Source: Tubulanus polymorphus (lineage: Eukaryota > Animalia > Nemertea). Taken from it: a stretch of 64,000 bases of DNA. Below the pieces are notes generated by a model. It was not told the DNA's origin and did no database searches. It saw nothing but the letters and a program-made list of their open reading frames with translations. The translations under genes were made by a program, and so were the position numbers. Below are positions 52,994 through 64,000 of this stretch, one piece after another. Each line of letters starts with the position of its first letter. The first letter of the stretch is position 1. Location of the stretch: positions 8,196,962-8,260,961 of the forward strand of contig NC_134034.1 in NCBI RefSeq assembly GCF_964204645.1, written 5' to 3'.

Positions 52994-54086
52994 TTATATA
53001 TCAACTTTTTATTAAAATAGGTTAAAATTCAAAAAGAGTTAGAGTTCGCTGAAACCTTACGCTTTAAAATATGTTTTTACCCTTATTGGTTTTTTAATGA
53101 GCTCGACCGTTCGACCTTTGGCTTGAAAGCCTATTATCCCTATTACTCAGGTCGCTCCCTCAGTAGTCGTATATAAGAACGGAGGAAAGGCAATAGGGAT
53201 CGAACATGTTATTAATCATAAGAATATGAAATATTATTAATCATTAGAATAGGAAACATATTATTAATAAAAAACCCCAATGTGCTGGCTACCCATGTTT
53301 AGTATACTAATGGTCGCGGATTTAATTTTGAAAGTTCTCAATAGTTTTCCCGTCTAATAGCATTACCCGACGCCACATAGTTGAGTCGGCCTTAATAAAT
53401 TAACATTCCAAATCCTGCATCAATTGTAACCTTGGTTGCTCTCCCATAATATACTTATGTCCAAGTTCATTTTCTCTCTCGCCAATATCACCTAATTGGT
53501 GTGCAATAGTGGTTATCGTTCCCTAACTCGGATATGTTGTATTTCGAGCCATTTCTTGACAATGGTTTTTAGTTGAAAACCGAAAGTTCGTATTCTCTAT
53601 AAATTTTAACGTTTCGATATTTTTATTTTTCCGACTTCTTGATTGTGGAACTGACATTATACTCCGCTTTCACGATTTATTGCGGAGTTTGACCTCGTCG
53701 CAAACGTATGATACTCCATTTCCATTACTATAATGTATTCGTGAATTGAAAACATATAGCGTTTTATCATCGGGGAAAAAGGTTTTAATGGATATTTTGA
53801 TTGAAAACTATGCATACTTAGTCTACTTTTCATCTACGTCAAGTCGTGTCATCCTATGATAGTTCTGTGATGACATCATGTATAATCCATTCTCCTAACA
53901 GTAAACAACGTAGTGACTTCGACTCTTCGGTGTTGAGATAATTGCTCTTAGATATACCGTATATGTTTGTGATATCAGGCCTTCTAAACGATACCAGTAC
54001 ACTGATTGTTTACAGAATCAACGTAGAATAAATCTATCACGTATAATAGTGTTAATTTGTGCGAACGATTCCTGGATATATTGCAA

Positions 54087-55121
54087 ATGGCATCGACAAA
54101 GATTCCTCAGTCTACTATCAGTCCCCTTTATGACGGGCATTTCTGTCCAAGAAACTCGTTCAATGCCGGAATCTACCTTTTCAATGTGTTTGGGGTTGGG
54201 TGTATGTGCGTTATAGGATTTACTTGCAACGTCCTAACTGTTTTCACAATCAATCGTTTTCAAAACCGCAGTGTTTCCATATACCTCATCCAGGTACTAT
54301 CTGTTATTGATGTCAGTTATCTTATAGCATGTTTTATATACTTCACATTACGTTTTGGGGTATATTACCTAATGAAAGGGGAAATGGCCTTACGACTTGA
54401 AGGCCGCAACATCTATCCGGGTTTCTATTACATCGCATTAGACATATATTTTGCCACGCTGCAAGTTCGCAATCAGTTTGTGGCAGTTGTTTCCACTGAC
54501 CGTTTTATCAATGTGTTCTTCCCGTTCTTAGCTCGGCGTCATCTCAATCGAAGGAAATATAATATTCTCATCGTTTGCATCATAATTTTTGCTATCATTT
54601 GTCGCTATTCACGATATATCCCACTGACAAAGTTTACTCTTGATCGTGTCAATATTTGTGACCATTCTCTTGAACTTTCTGTTCGACGTGCCCCTATTTT
54701 CCCACCGAAAGGACCATTTGATACTTACATTGTAGCTAAAAACTACGAAATCCTTGTAGCTTACGGTCCATTAGGCACTATTCTATTATCAAATTTTCTT
54801 ATCTTGTTAAAAATACGTTCAGCGACGAAAAAACGTGCGGCAATTGCCAAAAAAGGCGAGAAACACGATAACACTGCGACGCAAATGGTTTTTATTATTG
54901 TTGCCATTTTTCTAATCTGCGAAGGTGCTCCAACTATAGATCGAATTATCACAAATTTTGGAGTAAGTGCCACCAATTCACCGTTTATTCTCGGACTACG
55001 TAAAGTGTCACTTTATTTTACAATTCTAGACTCAATTCTCAATTTTTTCGTTTATGTTGCAGTGAATAATCTATTCAGAAATACATTACTTCTCATGATG
55101 AGAAAAAAATATCGAGGTTGA
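54087..55121 (+). CDS. Rhodopsin-class 7TM GPCR, FMRFamide/peptide-receptor-like expanded family, about 344 aa, single coding exon
   Basis: Seven hydrophobic segments, GFTCNVL in TM1, LSVID in TM2, STDRF (DRY-like) after TM3, FLICEGAP in TM6, LNFFVY...FR in TM7/H8; upstream acceptor tttacag near 54015. Confidence 0.88.
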   Translation: MASTKIPQSTISPLYDGHFCPRNSFNAGIYLFNVFGVGCMCVIGFTCNVLTVFTINRFQNRSVSIYLIQVLSVIDVSYLIACFIYFTLRFGVYYLMKGEMALRLEGRNIYPGFYYIALDIYFATLQVRNQFVAVVSTDRFINVFFPFLARRHLNRRKYNILIVCIIIFAIICRYSRYIPLTKFTLDRVNICDHSLELSVRRAPIFPPKGPFDTYIVAKNYEILVAYGPLGTILLSNFLILLKIRSATKKRAAIAKKGEKHDNTATQMVFIIVAIFLICEGAPTIDRIITNFGVSATNSPFILGLRKVSLYFTILDSILNFFVYVAVNNLFRNTLLLMMRKKYRG

Positions 55122-55792
55122 TCACATCAATTTCATTGAGCCTAGTGCCCTCTAGGCCGTCTTCAAGTATAAAAGGCCCATCATCTGTCAGACATGGCAG
55201 TATCTCTGAACCCATGGAGCAGTCAAGAGCTCCAGCATTGAAACTGGAATTTCCCTAATATCTCTGTCAGTTAACCGATTCGGACCCTCCTTTTTGTCAG
55301 GGATAAGTTGAAACATGTAATATAGTCATATCTATGGCTTAAAATTTAGTTTAAGCCCTCCTTCATGCATAAATTAGCAATTTACTTAGTGCATTCTTCA
55401 AATTTTCAAATCTTTGAATGACAAGCTGGGAGGAGTTATTCACCTCACCACAGAGAGCACAGTGACCTGTAGTCATAAACCTATATAAAAAAACAGTTGC
55501 AGCTCTCTAGTGCGTAATTTTGGGGGTTACAAAACTTTTAACCTGAAAGTTGTATCAAACAGAAAATTTATATATCATCTAAACTCCTCATCAGTAACAA
55601 TGTGTGAAAATTTCATCAAAATCGGACAAAAATTGAATAAATTGAAAATACAGATTTTATGCTCAACTCCATTATTACTGGAGGAATTCTTATCAAAAAA
55701 CATCTACAAAATCAGCGAATTCTAATTAAGAAGAATACTATGACCAAAATGATATCAAACATATACGAAAGAAAATTAACTTTAATAAATTC

Positions 55793-56900
55793 TTTGATGC
55801 CTGCGAAAAAATGTAGAATTTCTGGTATAAGCTAATGTGGAATTGCAAATTTAAAATCGAAGTTTTAAGAAATTTCGGGAATTATGAGATTTGGCGATTG
55901 GGTAGATGATACAGTCTTCGACTGGTCTAATTAAAAAAAAAAAATGGTCAACTTGTGACTTCGATTCACTTTTGCCTCTAAGCTGGTCTGCAACTTCATT
56001 GCCTCCATGGTTGAAGAAAGAGCTCTTCTGATGTCTGCTTCATCATGACTTTGAGCATATCGTGTAGCCAGCCAGCCCGGTCCTGGGGCCCGGTCTGGCT
56101 GTCACTTGATATCCTAGACTTGAGTCTGGGTTGAAGTAGACATTGTCATTTAAATAACTTTTTCATGTTATTTTGTATGAATTACCCGTGTGTCTTGTAT
56201 TTTCTTATTCTAAAATTTGTAAATGTATTGATTTTTGGAATTTTATCCCGGAACTTCAATGTAATAAGGATCAATAAAGTATTGAATTGAATTGTCACCT
56301 TATACACATGTCATCAGTGGACGCGGAGCCGTATATGACAGCTATGCTATTATAAATTGCTAATCTCATGAAACCTGCATACGTCTAATATCGAACATAT
56401 TTTCTAAAACATTTGAATATTGAAATTATTTTACACGTTTTTATATAGACCGCTTGTAGCCGCCGATGAAATTCACGCCAGCCCAACTCAGATCGTAGAT
56501 AGCTTCGTCATTCCACTAGCATTCCCATGTCAGGGTCTGACTTATATATCAGACTTCCAAATCGTGTATACATCCGCCATTTAACCGAATAATCCGATTT
56601 ACTTATCATTTCTATCTATCCCTGCCGCTCCTGATATAATCATACATCCTTTACTATTACAATACGTCTTCTCATGATATTCGATGCGATATAACATTTC
56701 GACGTTCAAATAGAGGTCATTATATAATCCCAGGGAGCCATTCTACATCTTTATCAATAATATTTTGCCAAATAGCTTGTATGTGTACACATAAACCTGT
56801 GACGTTTTGCACATCGATTTACGGTTGTCGTTTGTAAAATGACGCTGAATGGTTATCATTGTTTAGGTTTCATAATGGTAACGTTTTATAAGGCGTCAAA
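55793..56900 (-). mobile_element. Inverted second copy of the 1.15-kb TIR element
   Basis: Reverse complement aligns end to end with 35555-36717. Confidence 0.75.
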
Positions 56901-57623
56901 AAAGTTTTTTTTATGTGTCACTGTGATACTGTGTGATACTGGTGTGAGCCAGATGTGTTCCAGTTAACACTTTAAACAAACTACCGCTTGCTAGTTGCTA
57001 GTGGGATGTGGCCTGCACTGCAAATCTCAAGTACCAACCGGTGGGTTTTTGGACCTCCATTTGAGTCGGCCGATTTTTTACCGTATGTGTGCGATATCCA
57101 CAAATCATGGTTACAAATGTCCTTATTCCACAGATTCTTCAATGTTGTCCTCTTTTGCGCATAATGAATACAGAAAACCGCGAATGAAATTCTATAGAAC
57201 GACACCGAAATAACGATCGATATTTTCTAAATCCAGACAAGAAAACAAAATTTAATATAATGGAGTCGATTTTGGCCAGTCTCAACTTTTAATGAAACTG
57301 ACTTTTATCAGAACGACAGATTGAATGATAGCTTCGAAAAGTAGATTAAGGAAAACTTCCGACTCAACAAACGTTCATATTTAATAGATAAACTGAAACG
57401 AGCAGAAACAGCTTACGATTCGTGGACCCAGTACAATACGGCTCAAATTTGCTGTTTTTCATTAATAATACGGGCAATAATAAAACCAATCAGAAGCCGC
57501 AATTAGTTCTTCACATTTTAGGGGTAGAAATCGATTGACTGTGGTTTAAAATTTTTCCACGACAGGATGTTTTGTTATAGTAAAGGCCTATAAGCTTAAA
57601 ACCAAAGATTACTTGACTATAAC

Positions 57624-58261
57624 CGCGTTCACACGACAACTAGTTCCGGTCCAAATTTAGGCCGGACCAAATTTTGGTGAGCGTTCACACGGCGTTTTGA
57701 CACGCGGTGATAAAATCGCTTGTCACCGGGCCAACAAGATGTCGCCATCTGCTAAATAATTAATTGCGCCTGGATGAAGTCTTGCTTCCATATTCCAAGT
57801 AGAGCAAGACATTCTTCATTTAACCAATTCGATCCTCTGTCAGGTTTATACATTTTTGCGAATTCTATTTTATTCTACCATGCTGAAACTCTAAGTGTCG
57901 TTTAAACACGGTTTAAAGCACGGCAGTAAAACGGATGATGATCGCGATATACCAATACGAATCCAAACATTTCCATTGAATAGGGAGGAAAAAGAGTACT
58001 TAAAAATAATTACATAAATGGTAATAAATCATTTAAAACTTAATAAACTGGACTCATACTCTACCGCAGAGGTAACGACATCTACCTCAAGAGATTCAGA
58101 ATTACGATTTAGACCGGACCTGGTACCAGTTTCTGTCCACACACTCTAAACTAGACCGGTCTAATTTGGAACGGTATTTTTGCCCGTGTGAACGCTTGGT
58201 CCGGTCTAAATTGGACCGGACCAAATTTAGACTGGTCTAAATTTCGTCGTGTGAATGCGCC
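57624..58261. mobile_element. Harbinger-like MITE with repeated GACCGG/CCGGTC motifs
   Basis: Ends CGCGTTCACACGAC...GTCGTGTGAATGCG; TSD not clear. Confidence 0.55.
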
Positions 58262-58834
58262 TTTTATGTCTTCGCTTGACCTTTTTGACAAATCTAGTGT
58301 AGGTCTAGGTCTAGGTCTGTAGATTGCACGCAGTAAAAAACATGATCAGCTCCGGAGCCCTACCTATAACTGAATACATGTGGATATTATACACAGTGGA
58401 CTTAAGGTGATATTGTACCAATTTGACCACTGTGCCGCACCAAAAAAAAGAAAACCCTGTTTCTCGAGCCCGACCAATCCAATATCATCTTGGAAATAAC
58501 ATAGAATTGCCTATCAACCCTATATAAAAATTGGTTTGGACTTGACATTACACTGAAAATGAAAACTTTCGCGGCTTCGCCTCTGTGTGTTCAGTGTGCA
58601 TTAACGATGCACACAGGACAGCGAGTGAGGTGTGGAATTAGCGCGGGTCTCTCAATAAACGATCGGACAATAAGATCGGACGGTCTCAGATTGCACCAGA
58701 ATGCGCCTGCTTGCACAAAATTTAAAAAAATGTTATTCCTTAAAACAAACTCCCCATAAAAAATCCTGGGGAAGCCCATGTTTATTCACAACATCCATAT
58801 ATATCTCCACTTTCTTGCTGTGGCGTAAAGAATA

Positions 58835-60411
58835 AAACTAGGGGTCCAGGGACACCATGCACACTTGGAAGTGGTTTCAAATGCTCAACAACCTAACAAT
58901 TTCATTATTCAACGCCCCCATCCAATGACCTTAAAAAAATTCAAAATGAACTTGGAAATGACCACACAACATGTCAGCATCTATGATTTCGAAATTGATT
59001 GTGGTAACCAAATATGCCTAGAAACCACTATAATATGGAAACACTAAGTAATTCTACTATACAACGCCCCCTGATGACTATATGCAATGCCCAATGACTT
59101 TGAAACTAACCATAATCATAGAACAAGTCATGAGCTACAACTTTTCAATCGATCATGGTAACAAAATGTGCCTAGGTGCCAATATAATAAGGAAATATTA
59201 TGTTATTGTATTGTTCCATGCCCCCTGGTGGCCATATACCAAAACCAATGACCTTGAATCTCACCACAATTATAGAACATGTCATGAGCTACAACTTTCA
59301 AATTGATCGTGGTAACAAAATATGCATAGGTACGAATATGATATGGAAATACTAGGTTATTGAATTGTTCAACGCCCCTTGGTGGCCATATACAAAATCA
59401 ATGATCTTGAAAACTCACCACAATCATAGAACATGTCATGAGCTACAACTTTCCAATTGGTTGTGGTAACAAAATATGCATAGGTACAAATATAATATAG
59501 AAATACTAAGTTCTACTTTTCAATGAGCCCCGGTGACTACCGGTATATAGAATAACTTATGACCTCGAAAATCACCACAATCATTGAATATGTCATGAGC
59601 TACAACTTTTCAAATTGATTGTAGTAACAAAATATGCATACGGTAGGTACAAATATAATATAGAAATACTAAGTTATTGCATTGTTCAGTGCCCCTTGGT
59701 GGCCATACACAAAAACTAATGACCTTGAACCTCACCACAATCATAGAACACATTATGAGCTACAACTTTCCAATTGATTGAGGCGACAAAATATGCTTAG
59801 GTATCAATATAATGTGGAAAATACTTTTTTCCACCAACGAATGAGTACTGACGACACCAAAATGGCTGCCAATTGCGTCATTATTGGCTGATCAAAAAAT
59901 ACCTGTTTCAGGTATAAAAGATCCCTTTTCAAAGAATACCCATCACAAATTGCAATGAAAAATGGCAAACCATTCGGAAGTTGCAGGACTCAGAATTCAG
60001 GCCAAAATTGACATTTTTGGGCACAAAAAAGGTCAAAGGACGACCATCTTGAGTCCGATCGACCCAATTTTTTCTCATGCTTATGGGCCCTCGGGGGATA
60101 CAAATATATCTGAAAGATCAAGGTAATTAATAAAAGTGTCTTCAAAATTTCCCTCGAAAACTTCAAAAATGTGTAAAAAGTGCCGAATTTGGCGAACAAC
60201 AATGGATGCCGATCGGCCATCTTAAATCTGACAGGGCCAGTTTTTGGGTTGAACATGTGTCTAGGGTAGATGCATGTACAAGCTAAATATCAAGACATTA
60301 CCCAGAAGCATCTTCAAAACTTCCCAAAATAACTGGATTCCGTCTACGGACGGACGGACGAAAAGTGAATGCAATAGCCCGCTGGGACTAAAGTCCCAAG
60401 CGGGCTAAAAA
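58835..60411 (+). mobile_element. HINE-like family A, complete copy with about 6 tandem units
   Basis: Same structure; longer, more diverged array. Confidence 0.75.
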
Positions 60412-60601
60412 GCCTATAATTTGGAGAGATTGCTTTTATTTCAAATAATACATGCAGCACAAATTCAAAAGTCGAAATAGATTTACAGTGATTTAGGAGA
60501 GGTAATTAAATACAATATAATTAATCTACATACACTGTACAACAAAAACTGTAGCAATTCTTCCATAATACATGATGACATAACAGACTGAAATGGTGAA
60601 G

Positions 60602-60674
60602 CTATTTATACGCATTTGCCTTGTGTTTTGGAAGGAACGTGAAATCATCAGGCACAGGACCAAGAAACATCTCA
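60602..60674 (-). CDS. DUS3L: DUS3L terminal exon (SEMFLGPVPDDFTFLPKHKANAYK-stop)
   Basis: tttacag acceptor, phase-compatible with the previous exon; the PKHKANAY C-terminus is conserved in DUS3 proteins; AATAAA on the minus strand at 60435-60440. Confidence 0.92.
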
Positions 60675-60816
60675 CTGTAAATAAAATGTTTGAATAATTT
60701 TTGTAAGAGATATGGAATCATTACCCCGTGATCATTCACATGTTGTATGCATGCCATCTTTGCTCATACAGTTTTATGCTGCATACGATGCATTTAGCCC
60801 TCAAAATATATCTTCA

Positions 60817-61359
60817 ACAAGGCAATTTGATACTACGTATCCCCCGCGATAGCCAGTAGGGAATGACCCCTGAAGACACTGATTTTTAATATCGAAAAAT
60901 TATGAGTGTATCCAGGGATAACCATACTATGAAATATCATTGTCTTGCTATCAATGGTTATTTAAGAATTGAGTTTACAGGGTTTTAGGCAAAAGACCGC
61001 CACCAACCTGGACCTTTGACCCTAGAACCCCAAAATCACTAAGGCATAACCTCTCCCCAGGGGTAATCATACTATGAAGTAGCATTGTTCTGTTATCCAT
61101 GGTTCTTCTTGAATCATGTTTACAAGGTTCCAAATGAATGACCTGAAGTGACCTTGACCTTTGATCCTCGGACCCCAAATTTAATAGGGCACATCCTCTC
61201 CTTAGGGGTAGTCATACCGTGTAATATCATAGTGTGTAATATCAATGGTTCTTCTAGAATCGCGTTCACAAGCTGATGCGGACGGACGGACGTACAGACG
61301 ACGGATAATCACTCTTACCCATCAGCTCCGCTGACCTTCGGTCACAGCGGAGCTAAAAA
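60817..61359 (+). mobile_element. HINE-like family C in the last DUS3L intron
   Basis: AACAAG start, GACCTTGACCTTTGA tandem units, (GGAC)n, terminal hairpin AGCTCCGCTG...CAGCGGAGCT-AAAAA. Confidence 0.65.
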
Positions 61360-61863
61360 TTTGTCTAAGACTGCAGTCTGTAGGACGGGAACAAGCTACC
61401 ACGTCCCTATTTCACACATCAAAATGACTGTGGCAGCCATCTTGGATGACCAATACATGCCAAAAACAATAGGGGTCATCCTTGTCACATCTAAGACAAA
61501 CACACCATGTCAAAAGAAAATCAACCAAAAACTTAAGCCTTTAGAGCGGGAACAACATCTGCACGCCCGCCAGCTCGAACGTAGGTAACAGGCTACGACA
61601 ATATTCTCGCGTCCTAGGGCCGAGGGGTAATAAATAATCGAAGCGGAGCGGGACCCACCCTTAGATGAAACGGTCGCACCGTATAAATGCACTTGAATAT
61701 TTCTACACCTCACTAATCTTGTGAAAAACAACAATGAGCATAAAATTCACCATATACGCCATGTGTGTGTCCAACAGGAGTATATTTAATCCTAGGCAGG
61801 TTAGGCATCATGTCATACAGGTAACTTATCTGATGGTAATATCTGGTAAGGCCTGACTGGTAT

Positions 61864-63700
61864 GGGAGCGTCCAGAAATTACGTACCTCAAAATCTCCCA
61901 TTTTTTCTGAAACCCCCTCCCCCTTGTACCACCTTTGTACCAAATTCACTGACCCCCTCATAGGTACGTACCATGGTACCCATGACCACCCCCCCCAATT
62001 ATATCGATGCAAAGAACACAAATCAAAACTAAATATAAACTAGGGGTCCAAGGACACCATGCCCACTTGGGAAGTGGTTTCAAATGCTCAACAATCTAAC
62101 AATTTCAATACATAACACATCCTGGTGACCATAGACTCAGAATTCTGGCCAAAATTGACATTTTTAGACACTAAAAAAGGTCATAGGATGGCCATTTTGA
62201 GTCCGATCGACCCAATTTTTGTTTTGCTGCTGGGCCCTTGGTAGATTCAAATATATACATAAGATCAAGGTAATTGATCAAATCATCTTCAAAATTTCCT
62301 TCAAAAACTTAAACAAGAGCCCCAAGGGGCACTATGGCCAGCCTGTCAGCTTTTCATAATGGCAAATGATGATGCATTTTGTGGGTTAAATTTGTCAAAA
62401 TACATTCCCAGCCTGCCCTCAGAGTCAATATCTAATAATTTACACAATTCAATCGTAGAATACAAAAGTAGCACACGACAGCGACTGGATCTGGCAGGAA
62501 CAAATACCTCAAATCTTTTCCCTTGGTCTTATTGATTTTAATGCGGAATAATATTTAATTTGCTCAATAAAACAAAATTGAATTGGATTTGATTTTTTAT
62601 TTGTTCAATAAAGTAAAATTGAATTGGATTTTATATTTTTTATTGCGGAATAAAATTTGATTGAATTTGTAGTTTCAGCACATGGCTAACTAGCATATCA
62701 AGGTCATCTATCCGATTTAAGAAAAAGCTATTTTTCCCGGAAAATGGTCAATTTGATATTTTCCGTAGTGCTAATAAAAATATTCTTCCCAAAAACCAAA
62801 TCAACTAAAGCTTTCACAGAAATCGATCTTGAAATACAATTTTAGATCTTAAAAAAAACCCGGAAGTAAAACGGTAGACAATACCGCGGGTTTACGTGAA
62901 CACCTGCTGATTTCTGCGGCTATGCCAATCATAGAGGAGTCTTTCCTTTCTGATTGGCTTTTCAAAACCAATACTTTTTGCGATCAGATATTCAAGAAAA
63001 AAGCTCATATAAATTTTAACGAGGCCCTCTTTCAAAATTCAGCTACGTAGAGTTTGGAGAATGGATAATGCTTTAATGAATGATTTGTATGAATATATGC
63101 TCAGTGGCAATGTAAAAGAGCCCTTACTCTGGAAACCATATCATTTAAATTCGCTCCATTTGTATAGTAATAGGCTCAGCCTACGGCCATCTTGATTCTG
63201 ACAGGGCCAATTTTTGGGCTGAAGATGTGTCTAGGGTAGATACATGTATAAACCAAATATCAAGACATTACATTGAAGCGTCTTCAAAACTTCCCAAAAT
63301 AACTGGATTCCGACTACGGACGGACGAACGGACGGACAACAGACGAAAAGTGAACGCAATAGCCTGCTCGGACTCAAGTCCCAAGTGGGCTAAAAATATA
63401 AATACCTGATTCCAACAAGTGCATGAAAGATCGATACAGTTACCTGGTATGGGGAATTCCCAGTTGAAGTCTACTACAAGTCACTTGAACAAGTCACTAA
63501 AAGCCGATAAAACACCAGTATCGGCTATTTTCATTTGAGTTTGGGTGCATAAAGTATGTCCCAAGATTGATTAATACCCCACTCCCTGAAAGTATGTACC
63601 TTTTTTGCTGACCCCCTCCCCATGTACCACTTGTACCACCATGTACCAAAATTCAGTAACCCCTCCCCCAATTCGAGGTACGTAATTTTTGGACGCTCCC
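61864..63700. mobile_element. Harbinger-like MITE hosting nested family A and B elements
   Basis: TIR GGGAGCGTCCA.AAATTACGTACCTC...GAGGTACGTAATTTTTGGACGCTCCC; TAT on both sides. Confidence 0.7.
62037..63396 (+). mobile_element. HINE-like family A copy interrupted by a family B element (62311-63187)
   Basis: The 5' part 62037-62310 and the 3' part 63185-63396 match family A. Confidence 0.7.
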
Positions 63701-63789
63701 TATAAATTCATCACAGAGATTCTCTTATTTTGACAATTGACTGTACATATTCATCAAATATCAAGCAAAATGTGATCAAAATGTGAAAC

Positions 63790-63918
63790 CTTATCTTAAC
63801 CCAATCTCCACAGTTAGCACTAGCAAACAAAGTCTCTAAATCATCACGTCCAATATAATATGGCGGTCGCTCATTTATGCGTTGTGGTACTTGTTCCAGG
63901 ATCCCAACCGGAACATAC
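63790..63918 (-). CDS. DUS3L: tRNA-dihydrouridine(47) synthase-like, penultimate exon ([42 protein letters not shown])
   Basis: Recognisable DUS3L C-terminal sequence ([18 protein letters not shown]); ttcaag acceptor, gtttc donor, 129 nt. The gene continues beyond the window end. Confidence 0.9.
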
Positions 63919-64000
63919 CTTGAATAGAAAAATAAGTACACATCTTTAATATAGCTTCTGCCACCTTTAATGGTTTTTCTACCTTGCTGATTTAAATGCC

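Larger units (their letters stand above)
49933..53147. mobile_element. 3.2-kb AT-rich integrated element with Polinton/Maverick-type ends (non-autonomous, fold-back), encoding a Rep_trans-like protein remnant and a zinc finger
   Basis: Exact 6-bp TSD CAGGTC (49927-49932 and 53148-53153); perfect TIR of about 59 bp, AGTAATAGGGATAATAGG...CCTATTATCCCTATTACT; visibly more AT-rich than the flanks; interrupts a Penelope GIY-YIG remnant. Confidence 0.85.
49700..53480 (+). mobile_element. Degenerate Penelope-like retroelement (GIY-YIG endonuclease remnant), split by the 3.2-kb insertion
   Basis: Left flank encodes DAGVYKICCLDCDK; the rejoined right flank encodes SGRSLSSRI*E and later RRHIVESALIN...NLGCSP, resembling the PLE at 12400-12640. 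Outer boundaries approximate. Confidence 0.7.

Noticed and set aside
50712-53090. Assembly artefact (chimeric fold-back read)
   Set aside because: The arms carry independent substitutions and indels, and the whole is bounded by a clean TSD inside a rejoinable host sequence.
22058-63409. Recurring short ORFs (e.g. 22152-22376, 30120-30332, 40666-40878, 41181-41465, 59990-60256, 63227-63409) resembling a gene family
   Set aside because: They are chance translations of family A repeat copies; frames and stops differ between copies.

Overview
AT-rich, repeat-dense eukaryotic genomic DNA from an invertebrate, probably a lophotrochozoan (inferred from gene and repeat types). Genes reconstructed by eye: a complete 6-exon p23/PTGES3 co-chaperone gene on the minus strand (13493-42566, 164 aa); head-to-head with it a single-coding-exon GT31 beta-1,3-galactosyltransferase (45285-46802); a single-exon rhodopsin-class peptide-type GPCR (54087-55121); the last two exons of DUS3L (minus strand, 60602-63918); and a probable terminal exon of an unidentified plus-strand gene (4617-5070). 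Introns and intergenic DNA are packed with non-autonomous elements: Helentron/HINE-like elements with internal 154-bp tandem units, PIF/Harbinger-like MITEs, hAT-like elements with 5- and 6-bp TSDs, a Ty3/Gypsy remnant, and Penelope-like remnants carrying minimal hammerhead ribozymes. The most unusual object is a 3.2-kb, very AT-rich insertion (49933-53147). It has a 6-bp TSD and AG...CT Polinton-type termini, a 404-bp terminal palindrome with strand-biased G-T wobble pairing, and a small C2H2 zinc-finger ORF. It also carries a fold-back inverted duplication of a gene whose motifs (DVTQDF...KIYNK...RIEI) match Rep_trans-type rolling-circle initiators. Also notable: tandem near-consensus CTCF motifs spread by a mobile element, and a satellite bracketed by two transposon copies with reciprocally swapped TSDs. 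All alignments were done by eye; no searches were run.
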